Shown here: one piece after another, positions 33,501 to 45,900 of the stretch
Position numbering within the stretch: the first letter of the stretch is position 1
Layout of the letters: each line of letters starts with the position of its first letter
Source: Hydrolagus colliei
Lineage: Eukaryota
DNA length: 64,000 nucleotides
Reading direction: 5' to 3'
Assembly (NCBI GenBank): GCA_035084275.1
Contig: CM068771.1
Span: 5,394,001 to 5,458,000 of the forward strand
Program-made: the position numbers and the translations under genes
Notes under the pieces: model-generated
The model's input: the letters and a program-made list of their open reading frames with translations, nothing else
What the model was told of the DNA's origin: nothing
Databases searched by the model: none

Positions 33501-36500
33501 CCAACATTGAACAAAATTAAGCTGGAGTGTCGGGATATTGCTGTGTCTGTCACAAATTCTAACCCTTTGTCTTTCAGGGAGTGGATCTGAGGCATTACTC
33601 CAAGCAAGTGGAGACTGAATTACAGCGCATCGAATATGATTCCATCAAGGACTGTATCCTTTTTTGTGGAGCCGTGGAATGTAGTAGTTAGAGCGCTTAC
33701 CTTGCAAGCGAGATGATCCAGGGTGAATCCTTACACGCCTCCATAGAAGAGCACCCTTACTATGTGGCAATCACCCAGAAGCTTCATTTGGATAAAGGTT
33801 TGGGGAAGTTAGAGTGGATTGAAGCCTGAGAGGGAGATGGTTAGAGACAGAGTCAGAATGGATTGAGGTGTGGGAGCGAGATGATTATCTATGATTATCT
33901 CTCTTGTGGAAGTCGGGGTGGATTGAGGTATGAGGGAGATGGATAGAGACTTGGGGGAGTCAGGGGATGGGTTGAGGTGTGACAGGAAGATGGGTAGAGA
34001 CTTGGGGGAGTCAGGTGATGGATTGAGGTGTGACAGGAAGATGGGTTGAGACTTGGGGGAATCGGGATGGGTTGAGGTATACTTCCTGACGTGAGTCTTG
34101 AACCCACAACCTCGGAGGCAAATGGCTGCCAGACCGATTGCCATCTTTCCTTTCAATTGTGAGTCTCTCGCGCTCGCTTCACTCCTTAACCGTGGTCGTT
34201 TTCAGACATTAAGGAGAGTCAGAATATCGCCAGTCTTCACAACCAGATCACAGCCTGTGACACCATCCTGGAGGTAAAGCAACACTGAAAATCAGTACAA
34301 CTCTTTTCTCTCTTGAGAAAAGGATAATGATCCTTGTATTTGATACAGCTTCACGGCTTCAAGACGTCTCCGAGAGCTTCACACTATACTGCAAAGTGTA
34401 TTGACTGTATATGTTTGGGTGAAACATGGCAGCCAATTGCGCACTGCAAACAGTTGTGGATTGAATGAGCAAATTGCTCATTTTATTTTAAAAATTGTGA
34501 GGAATTTCCCCCAGGAAAGCGAACCACCAATCGACTATCAGGTTCCTACTTCCTGCTAGCTGAACAGAGGCGTGCGGAGTAACAAAACTTGCCTGAGGTA
34601 CATTTTGCTTAACGCTTGGATATTTGAGATGCCTCAAAGCACTTAAGAGAATATAACTGTAAAGCGAATCTGCTATATTTTGTGGGCGAATGTATTGCAC
34701 TATCTCTGTCTGAAGTCCCCGTACCTTGGGAATGTGCTTTTGATGTGAAAGGCGCCATATAAAGGTTTTGTGGTTGGAACAAATTTGTAGATGTTTTGTC
34801 CGTCTTTGCTCCTGCTAACGCTGCCCCTTACTTTATATCTTCTGCGTGTGCACAGCGCATGGAGCAGATGCTCAGTACATTCCAGTCCGACCTGAGTAGC
34901 ATTAGCTGTGAGATCCAGACACTACAGGAACAGTCCATCGCCATGAATATCAAGCTCAAGAACCGTCAGTCCGTTCGCAGCGAGCTGAGCCAGCTGGTTG
35001 ACGAGTTGGTGGTGCCCAGCTCCATGATCAAGTGAGTCTCAATCAAGTCTCTGTGTTTGCTCTCTATCCTTCCGACTGTTCTTGTTAATAACAAGTTACA
35101 TTTAATAACAATAGCAATCCTTGCATTTGAAGTAGCGCTTTTCACGTCTTCTAGACGTCTCAAAGCGCTTCACAGGATACACTGTAAAAGTAACTTGACT
35201 GTATGTTTTGTGGGTGAAGCGCAGCAGCATAATGCTGTGTCTCCAAAACAGTCGTGGATTGAAATGACCAATGTTGTTTTTTGAGGGATTATTATCAGGC
35301 TTGTGCAGGAGTAAGGAAACTTGTCCAAGGTTTCGCCATGCCTGGAAATGAACCAAGGCCTCTCGTCTGCAAGGCGAGTGTGCTAACCACTGAGCTACAG
35401 GATTCCACAGTTTTAAGTTTAATTCTTCGCAAACAGTAATTAGGAACCCAGTTATTAGTCTATTCACAAAACGCTTTCTGGGGTTAATAATTCATTCACA
35501 ATAATAATAATAGTTTGGCCACTTAATCCACAACTATTTGGGGGACGTTACTATGCACATTTGGCTGCCGTGTTTTGCCCACAAGGATCTTGAGATGTGG
35601 CTTGAAGGAGGCAAGGGAATGTGAAACGGAGTTCCAATGGGTGGTGGCAGAGAGGCTGAAGGCCCGTCCACTGATGGAGGGGTTCCTGTAGCAGGTTGGG
35701 GGTTGAACGCAGGTCTATGTAGGATTGGCAGATCACGGGTAGGGAGGAGCGAGGCCGCGGAGGACTTGATATGATGATGCTGGAATGTCACGCTCTTTGT
35801 TGCATTTCAGTATCATCCTGGAATCATCAGTGACCGAGCAGGAATTTCTGGAACAACTTCATGAGCTCAACAACAAGATCAACTATGTGAAGGAGCAGTC
35901 CTTCAAGGAGACTCTGGCTTGCTCTGACGTGCAGGATATCCTTGACCGGCTCAAGATCAAGGTGAGCCTATAAACCCAAGCTGTGCTGTGTGTCCAAAAA
36001 CCTCTCCCTGTATCCCTCCGCCTTGCCCCCTCCCTCCACATTGCCTCCTCCCTCCACATTGCTCCCTCCCTCCGCCTTGCCCCCTGTGGAAATATAGTTT
36101 AGAAACATGATCAAATATAACCACACCTGATCATGTAATAATAATAAAAGTAGTAAAGATTATAAACTTTGGATATTAAAGTACATATAATTAACAAATT
36201 AGAATAAGTAAAGTGTTGACCACACACGGTTCACATTAAGGTTGGAGTGTGCCAGGGAAAGAATGCAGGAATGCCATTAGCCTTGTTTAATAAGCAGGAC
36301 AAAGCTTCTCACAGACGGCATAAAAAGTCTTATGATACATATATCAACCACTATCTTATTCTATCAGATAACAAAACTGTTGCAGACCGACTCCAGTGTC
36401 ATCAGTAATCGAAAAAGATCTAGTCAGCATACTCTTTCCCATAGGAACAGACAAATGTCCTCCTAGGATTGGATGGTACCACTGATGCCATAAACAGCTT

Positions 36501-39500
36501 ATCTTAGCATTGTAATAAGGCTAATGTGATAATTGATTAGAAGTTTCAAACAAACATTCATGTATATTCTTCTGTAACTAACTAAATCAACTACATTGTA
36601 TTTTAACTGTACAACAAGGGTCGTGGGATTCTCCCAGATCCAGAGGCAAAATATCGACTCCCATTGTGAGACGTGCTTTCTCTCTCCCTTACTAGTATTG
36701 TAATAAAGCGCATTTCTGATATATCTTGTTCGAGTGTCATTTCTTTTCAGATTAGTTAGACAGAAAAGATCGAATTCAACACCCCTCCCTCCGCCTTGCC
36801 CTGCCCTCTGCGTCTTCAGGTCTTGTCTGAAGATCTACCTCTTGAATCCTCTCCCATTACACCAATTCTAATCAGGCTCCACTGGCTCCCTGTCACACAG
36901 AATAAACTCTTCCCTCCATTACACCAGTCCTCATCTGGCTCCGTATTAGAGAACGGATTGATTTTTCACTCGCCTACAAATCCCTTCAGGCCCTCCCTTC
37001 CTCTCCGAGCTGCTTTCTGTTCACTCCACCACCAGTTGCCTCTCCGCTCTACTGGCTCCAATCTCCCAACTTGTCCCTTGCCCCTCCACTCCAGCATCGG
37101 CAGCCTTGCTTTCAGCAATTACCTCACAGCGATAAAACTCTCTCTTCCGATGTCTTCACCTTACTCTTACCCTCTTTTACATCAACTTCGACCATGTTTA
37201 CATTCACCTGCCGAGCTCAGTGTCAGGCTCCACAAGAGTTAAACGCTTTAAGACTCTGCCCACGGGAATGGCGCAAGTTATTGTTGTCTGGCTGGCCTTG
37301 TCTGAGTCAGAGAGTGTGGAGTGAAAATCGACGTCAGGTCTTTGAGGTCAGTGTAAACAGACACTTCAGTGTAGTGTTGGGGGAGCCCTGGTTTGTCAGT
37401 GTTGCCAGTCTTTTGGGCGCGATGTTAAACCGAGCTCCCGTCTGTGCCGGTTCACATCACTACTGGTATAGAGAAGGGAGTTTCTCTCTCCCGGTGTCCT
37501 GTCCAACATTCTCCCAGATAAAATTGGTCACTCACTTCATGGCGGTTCAGCCACTGTAGACTCATTGCTTGTGAGACGTCTCAATGGCGTGATATGGGGC
37601 CATATCAAATATATCAATATCAAAGGACTATTATTATATTTCAACGTTTAATCTTGTTTCAGGCCGTCACCAAGATCCGGGATTTCATCCTTCACAAAAT
37701 CTATTCGTTTCGCAAACCCATGACAAACTACCAGGTTCCTCAGAACGCACTCCTGAAATACAGGTCAGCAGTGCTTCACACAAAAATTGGAATTTCCTTG
37801 TGTATTGCTTGTATATTCCTAATTTACAAAGCATCTAATTGTAAGAATGAAACCAATTCATTTCAGATTGGTCCTTCTGGCCTATCGCATCCTCTTCCTC
37901 CACACCCCACTCTGAAAATAATTGTACATGTACACAATTTAGCGCTCCGAGACGCCGTCCAGCGTGGAGGGCTCTATATATATCAAAGTTAACGTGGTTG
38001 TATATGTTATGCTTCTGGAAGAGAAGCAGAAAAAATATTGCTCATGGGGCCCGCAGACGTTTCTCAAGTAGGGCATCTGGCACTCAGCAACAACAACAAC
38101 AAAATTACATTTGTATAGCGACTTTCATGACAGGAGGACATCCCAAGGCACTGAAGCCAAAAGGCTGGACTCCCTGATTTAAGTGATAAAGCTACAAAAT
38201 CTACTGTTCAATTGTAAAAGCGTGAGGTATATAGTTAAATCACTTTACAGTATATTCTGTGAAGAGCTTTGTCAAGGAGACGTGAAAAGGGCTATATCAA
38301 ATCCAAGGATTATTATTATTACACAATCATTAAATTGTATACCGTTTACCCGATGGGCTGAAACCTCAACCAAGTTACCTTGCTCTGCATGCGTCTGTTT
38401 TCTCGAGATCTAGAAACCCGGATGTTAATCGATTGGCAGATCACTTTCCTTCAAAAAAAACAAATCAATAATAATTAGGTCAGTCAATCCACGACTGTTT
38501 GTGGGACACTGCTGTGCGCAATTGAGACGTGTATACAAATGCAGGGCTTATTATCATGTTCGAAGAATGAGCTACGAGTATTGATTAGCCAAGTGTTAAA
38601 CAGAGCGAGCGGCATCTTGATCTGACTGTCCTTCTTGCTTTTCAGATTTTTCTACCAGTTTCTCATGGCAAATGAACGTCACGTAGCAAAGGAGATCCGG
38701 GATGAATACATAGACACAATGAGCAAAATCTACTTCTCCTACTTCAAATCCTACACCAGCAGGCTGATGAAAGTGCAGGTCAGGTGTTTGGTGATGTTTA
38801 TATTACTATCAATCAGACGTATATTTGTAATCCTGCTTGCCCCTTGTCTCCTCCCTCCACTATCGATGGCCACACTTTCAGCCACTATGCCCCAAAGCTT
38901 TGGAACTCTCTCTCCCCATCTCTCCTACTTGTGCCCTCTTCAACCGTGCTTACATTCATCTCCTCCATCTCATACTGGCTCAGCATTGGGCTCCGCCACT
39001 ATGAAGCGCTCTGACTCGCTGTCTCGTGTGAAGGGCATCGTGTAAATGCAAGTTGTAATTGTAGCTCCTCTCGCCGTAACCTCATAGGGTCCAGAAGAGT
39101 GAGGAGGGAACTGAGCAATGTGGAACACGGGGAAAATTCTGTTAGGGATTTTGGTTAGAGTGGGAATTCCTCAGCAAGAGAGATACCAGAGAACAAGAGA
39201 GAACTCTCCTTCAAGTCAGCAGAGGAATAGAAATCTTTCTTGAGGTATAGGCAATATCCAGAAGCCATGGGCAACAAAGAGCTGAGATCGTACAGGGAGA
39301 TGCCCGGGTAAAGGCTAAGGAGAAGGACCTAAAGGTGGTGATGTCTGGATCACTCCAACTGCCAACTGCCTTGTGCAAGAGAAGATCAAAACAGCAGATT
39401 CAAACGTGAATGCACGGCTGGAGAAATGATTCAGAAAGGAGGGCTTCAGGGTTCCTGGATCATTGGGACCTGTACTTAGGCAGGTGGGACCTGTACACGG

Positions 39501-42500
39501 TGGATGGGTTACACCTGAACAAGGCTGGGACCTGAATATTCCTGGCTACAATGTATTCGGGTGGGATAGGGAAGGAAAAAAGGGGGCGGCAATATTGATT
39601 AAAGACCGGTTACGGCCCTACAAAGGGACGATGTGCTAGAGTGTCCAAAGACAGAATCTGTTTGGTTAGAGTTAAGGAGCTGTTGCTCTGTTAGTCTCTA
39701 TAGATCACCAAATACTGTGAAGAAGATAGATGAGCAAATCTGCAAGTAGATTTCAGAGAGCTGTAAAACCAATAGAGTAGTCACAATAGGGGCCATTCAG
39801 TATTCTAACATAGGCTGACAAATAACAGTAGGGGAAAAGGGGCAAGGAGGGGAAACTAAAGGGCATACAAGGATGTTTCCAGCCCAGCAGGTAAGGAACC
39901 TGTGATGGCATCTAGGTCAGGTTAATGAAGTGGGGCAAGTGGAGCAGGTTTCAGTTGGAGAGCATCTGGACAACAGTGATCATAACATCCTTATGTTTAG
40001 AGTGCTTATGGAAAGGGACAAGGAACAATCAAAGGTGAAGAAACTCAACTGGAAGAGGGTGAATTTCAGTGAGTTAAAAAGGGACCTAGCCATCCATGGT
40101 GTATAATTTTATGATTCTATGTTCCGCAGTATGAAGAAGTGGCTGATAAAGACGACCTGATGGGTGTTGAAGACACAGCAAAGAAAGATATCCTTACTCA
40201 GATGCTACAGTTAACCACCAACAACTTGGAAACATTTAATATGGCTTGTGCAAAGTATGTGTTATATCAGACTTGCACAGAATATGCAACAACGACAAAA
40301 TTAGACATGCCTTTCAGTCCCAAGGCACTGAACAGTCAGCTTGGGCCCCGAGCAAGAGAGAGGGGCAGGATAGTGGGGAGGGGCGGGAGAGAGATAGGAG
40401 GGGAGGGAGAGTTGGGAGGCCAGCAGAAGGCACGATCAAAAAGGAGGTTCTTGATACTGGCCTTCAAGGAGGCGAGGGAGGGAACGAGGCAAAGGGACTG
40501 TGAGATGGAGTTATAATGGGACTTGGGTAGATGAATGACTTAGGTGGTTATATTATTTTTTAACTGTATTACGGTCTGTTGACTCGCTCCAGCTCAAAGT
40601 CCGAGGAATCTTATTGCAAGGCAGTAAGAGTCAATCCCCTGGCCCTTATACATACGCACACACTCCCATCAGCATACAACTCCACCCGTGCACACAAGCC
40701 CCCTCCCGCACACAAGCCCTCGCGTTCACACACACAACCCCCCCTCTCACACACAACCCCGCAAACACACACCACACACACGTATGGAAAAGTCGGTCAG
40801 TTATTTGGTGTGCTCCCAACATCTTCCTGACGACAACAACAAATCTCGTTTACCCGGTGACTTTCATATCGGGAGGATGTCCCGAGGTGCTGGACAGTCA
40901 GGGTTTTGGACAGATTTGGGATCAGGAGGAGTGGTGAGGGCAGGGTGGGTAGGAGGGTGACAGGTGGTGACATTCGAGAGGAAGGTATAGAGACGTGCTT
41001 ATAGGATGGAGTTCCAAAGATTGGTGGCAGAGAGTCTTTAAGTACGTGTGAGGCAAAAGTAACTTACCATAGTGATTTCCGCATGAGTGGAACTCAGAAA
41101 TGTGCGTTGTATTTTCTTTTTCTCCTTAACCCTCCAACGCTTTTTCTCCAAGCCGTCGCTGAAAAACCGCAACACAATCTTCACGCTGGGGAACCGAGGG
41201 AATGTGATTGCATCCGCTGAGCTAGAGGGTCCCATCATTGTCCCCCACGCAGCGCAGAAGAATGACGCACGGGTAACGCAGACAATTTCTCCGGTGATTG
41301 TATGTAGTCAAGTAGACAAGTGGGGAGAGGGGTAATAATACCAACAATAACTTGGATTCATATAGGGGTTTGAACACGAGTGAGGATCTTGAAATGGATC
41401 CGCTGTGAAGGCAGTGAAGTCTGGCTAGGAAAGGGGTAATCGGGAAGCAAAGTTTGGTTCGGGTGAGATTCTGGGAGGCGGAATTTTGATTAATAATGTA
41501 TAATAATCCTTGCATTTGAGATAGCACCTCATCACATCTTCCAGACGTCTCAAAGCACTTCGCAGAATTGTAGCAGACACTCCAGTGCAGTGTTGGAAGT
41601 GTGTTACACCATCGGAGGTACCACCCTCTGTCTGTTCAGGTGGACTACAAAGATCTCCCGCGGCTCTATTTGACAAGTCTCTCTCTCTCCCAGTATTCAC
41701 TGGGAGTATCTCTCTCCCAATATTCGCCCACAAATATACAGTCAGTTTTCCTGCTCTCCTCCCCCCTATCCCAACCCCTGGCCTTACCTTCTTTACCCCC
41801 CTTTAAAAACAACAGCAACAACTTAAACTCATAAAGCGCCTTTCACGTCGGGAGGACGTCCCAAGGCGCTGCACAGGAGGCATGTGACCCGAGCTGGGAG
41901 GGGGGTGTTCGGGAAGGAGTGAAACACGTAGGGGAGGTCGAACAATTTGGGGGGAAAAAAAGGCACGGTCGAAGAGGAAAGTCTTCAAACCGGCCTTGAA
42001 AGAGGAAAGGGAGGAAACAAGGCGGAGGGATTGGGGGATGGAATTCCACAGGGTGGGAGCGGAGAAACTGAAGGCCCGGCCTTCGATGGTGGGGCGGTTC
42101 GGGCGGGGGGCTTGGAGCAGGACAAGACCTGCTGAACGGAGGGTCCGGGTGGGCGTGTAGGGGGAGAGTAAATTGGTTAAATAGGGCGGGGCAAGGCCAT
42201 GTAAGGCCTTGAAGGTGAGGACGAGGATCTTGTACTCGATCCTCTGGAGGATGGGGAGCCAATGGAGACGGGCGAGGGTGGGGGTTTCTCCCCAAACCCC
42301 ATTTCCACGACTGTTTGTGGGACACTGTTGTGCGCAATTTGGCTGCCGCGTTTTGCCCACAAATATACAGTCAATTTTCCTACTCTCCTTCATCCTGCCT
42401 CAACCCCTCCCCACCTGCTCTGGTCCCTACCCGACTGTTCGGTGCCTTAGGACGTGAAAGATGCTATATAAATGTAATTTTGATTGACTGATCCTGTTCG

Positions 42501-42914
42501 ACAATCAAATCAAATAAAACTTAATTGTTTCATGGCTGTTTGTGCGTCACTGCTGTGCGCAATTAGCTGCCCAGTTTCTCCCACAAAATACACAGTATAT
42601 TCTGTGAAGCGCTTTGAGAAGTCTCAATGACGTGATAAGGCACTGGGTCAAATCCAAGGATTATTATTATTATTATTGTGCTGACTTTTCTCACTGCTGT
42701 TCTCCTCTACCCTCCAGTATCCGTTTGAGAGTTTATTCCGCAGCCAGCACTATGCCCTGCTCGACAACAGCTGCCGGGAATACCTCTTCCTCTGTGACTT
42801 CTTCATGGTGACGGGCAACTCGGCGCAGGACCTTTTCAACGCCATCATGGGCAAAACCCTCACAATGTTCTTGGTGACTATGCGATCCATTCGAGGGATC
42901 CCGTGTGTGTGTGT

Positions 42915-42945
<31 letters not shown>

Positions 42946-45900
42946 GGGGGGGAAGAGGGGAGCCTTTCTCAACAGTGAAGGTGGCTGACTGAGACAGATT
43001 ATTATTATATCGGTGAAATTACAGGCTAACGCGCCTCTCGTTTCTTCGCTTTAGAAACACATGGACAATTACGTTGCGGATTGCTTTGACAGTATCGCTA
43101 TATTCCTTTGCATTCATGTCATCCTCCGCTTCAAAACCATCATGGCCAAGAGAAACATTCCAGCCGTCGATAGGTAAGTCGAGGAAAAGTTTACAGCATT
43201 CGGCCACAAGATCCTTATCTCTGGGAGAGAATTACACACTGCAGGTGCAATCTGAAAGGGGCGATCCTTCCCTTCTCTATTACTGTGTGGGGTTTGTATC
43301 CGGTCAGTATCCGGACTCATGAATTACACTCGGGCATTTAGTAAAATACTCTTCATTCAATCAATCCTAAAGGCTTCAGTATATATATTCCTGTATTTGG
43401 AGCATTCCATGCATTCCATCACATCTCCTCAAAGTTCCTGAGATTCAGAGCTTTCTGATTAGTAATGTTAGTTTTCGTTGAAACTCCAAACCTCAACAAA
43501 CCCTGATTACCTCTACTCCCTCCTATTTATATCCCTAATGTCCCATGTGATTTGTACTTTGACCGTTTGTCAAATTACCCATCTTCACTATTGCTCAGAT
43601 CAGAAGACCCTGCCATAAAACTCATTAACTCCCAGAAACTAACGTAAACAAAAGCACTCAATTGACATTTTACCCCTTATGGAGGATAAACAGATTGATA
43701 TCTCAATCTTAAGGAACCTAACAGTCTGTCTGGCTCCGGAACCCCTGTGACCCTCGCCCTGAACCCAAATATTCACCGTATTAACCCTTTACTGCCTCAC
43801 AATCTGTTTTGATAACCTAGCCGGCCGACTATTGGGTTGTCGGGTTGCCGTCGATGTCACTTCCTATCAGAGGAGTGTATGTACAGGAAGTGCTGCTGGC
43901 ATTGCTTCCTGTGAGCGAAGCGTATGTGAATGAAGGGCCGCTGAGCAAACTTCCTCCTCGCTGAGCCTCAATGATGAGCGCAAGGACTACAGCGTGGAGT
44001 TTAACAGCACTTCTTGCCGCACAGGAAGTGATGTCCGAGGTGACCCAGTGGGAAGGATAACAAAAGAGACCTCCCCTTGGCTTGGTTTATAGCGGTTTCA
44101 TCCTCTATCCTCCAAAATGGAGGGACGACCACTGAATCCTGGAGAGAATAATCTGGCATTTATTTAGGGATGAGTTGGGGGTATTGGGGAATGGAGTTCT
44201 CAATGTCTGTTGAGGGTAATTGTAGTTTGACTAGCTAAGGCCATTTCCCCAATACTAACGCCAGCAGGAAGGTTGACTTCATGACTGTGATCTTTTTAGG
44301 TACTGGGGCACACTGCTGGATATCCTGTGGCCGAGGTTTGAACTTGTCCTGGAGTTAAACATTCAGAGCATCCGCAACACTGATCCTCAGAAGCTCGGGG
44401 CATTGGACACTCGGCCTCACTACGTAAGGACTCTCTTTAATGGGACCACTTACAGCCTGGTGTCTGTTTCTAAGGGTTGCGTTTTCAATTGAGGAAAGGG
44501 TCTTGAACATCGGCGGTAGGGCCTTCAGTCTTTCTGCTCCCACACTCTGGAACTCCATGCCTCAGTCCCTTCACCTTTCTCCCTCCTTCGCGTCCTCTCA
44601 AGACCCTCCTCTTTGAAAGTGCCTTCGGTCATTCTGCTGCCCCCACCCTCCCTGCCAGCCACCCTTCCTGATCCCAACCTCCAGCTCGGGTCCAAATCTT
44701 TGAGACGTTGGATTCAGACTTGGGACGTTGTGAAGGTCTTGATGCGTGACCAGAAGATGTCATAGGATGGGGCAAGGTGGAGAAATTGAGGGAGAATATT
44801 ACACAATTTAAGGGCTGAAAGCACAGGCACCGAAGATAGATCAGAGACCACAAGGTACAAGCAGGAGACCAGAGCCAGATAGGTAGAGGTAAGGGCTAGG
44901 GCGAGGTAGGTAGGGAGGTACCGGGGTGTGAAAGGATTTGAAGATCAGTGTGAGGATAAGGCGCTATATCAAATGTAAGGAGGATGATTATTATTCAGTT
45001 GTTTGTTCTCCAGGTCACCCGAAGATACGCCGAATTTTCATCAGCAATTGTCAGCATCAATGAAACCTATCCCAACGAGAAGACTCACTCACTACTTGGA
45101 CAACTGCAGGTCTGTTACAAGTTATGTTAAATTGAGGTCCAGGCTGTCTATGTTCTAACCATTGCACTACTCCACAGTCATTAATAGTGAGAGCACCAGG
45201 CATGGAATCTGAAAGTTTCGATTGCATTAACATTGTGGCTTGCGTACGCTTGTGTGTCTGCATGCCCTATGTCCCCCTGTGGCCGGCTGATGTGTAGGTG
45301 GTGAGGAGAGGGAGGTTTCCTAGTGACAGCTACGTCTCTCACTCAGGTAGAGGTGGAAAATTTTGTCCTGCGAATGGCTGCCGAGTTTGCCTCCCGGAGG
45401 GAACAACTCATCTTCCTGATCAACAACTACGACATGATGTTGGGCGTCTTGATGGTAAGTGCGGCCTTTCGCTTTCACCGGGTGGGGAGGATATAAAAAA
45501 GGATAATTTTGGGGGGGTCGGCCGGTTGTCTGACACACATGGAAACCCGTCACCATTCCTCAGGATCGTCAAAACCAAACTAGGATTTCCATGCATCCCA
45601 TCCTACAACGAAGAGTCCCAGAGATAGATGGTTGAAATGGAACGACGCATCGTACTTATCTGATTTTGGAGAGTATTAAGCTCCGGTTAAGAAGAGCCAA
45701 GGCTTGAATGGGTTGAGTCCCTGCCCCCAGTGACTGGTCTGCCCTTCCAGGTCCGGCCGATGGGCGAGGCTGGGCCGTCATCAACAGTGACCTGGAATAC
45801 TGTAGACCTGCCTGGCTCAGCAACCAGACTAGAGACCATTACCGAGGAGCTGGATCTACCACATGCCGAGCATGTCATCTTTAAACCAGTTTAAACCTGC

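Noticed and set aside
33900-34080. Three ~52-bp tandem units inside VPS52 intron 4
   Set aside because: Ordinary local slippage within a degraded LINE-like fragment; no independent signal.
43966-44040. Possible C/D-box snoRNA (ATGATGA ... CCGA)
   Set aside because: The D box is non-canonical, the terminal stem is weak, and I recognise no rRNA-complementary guide.
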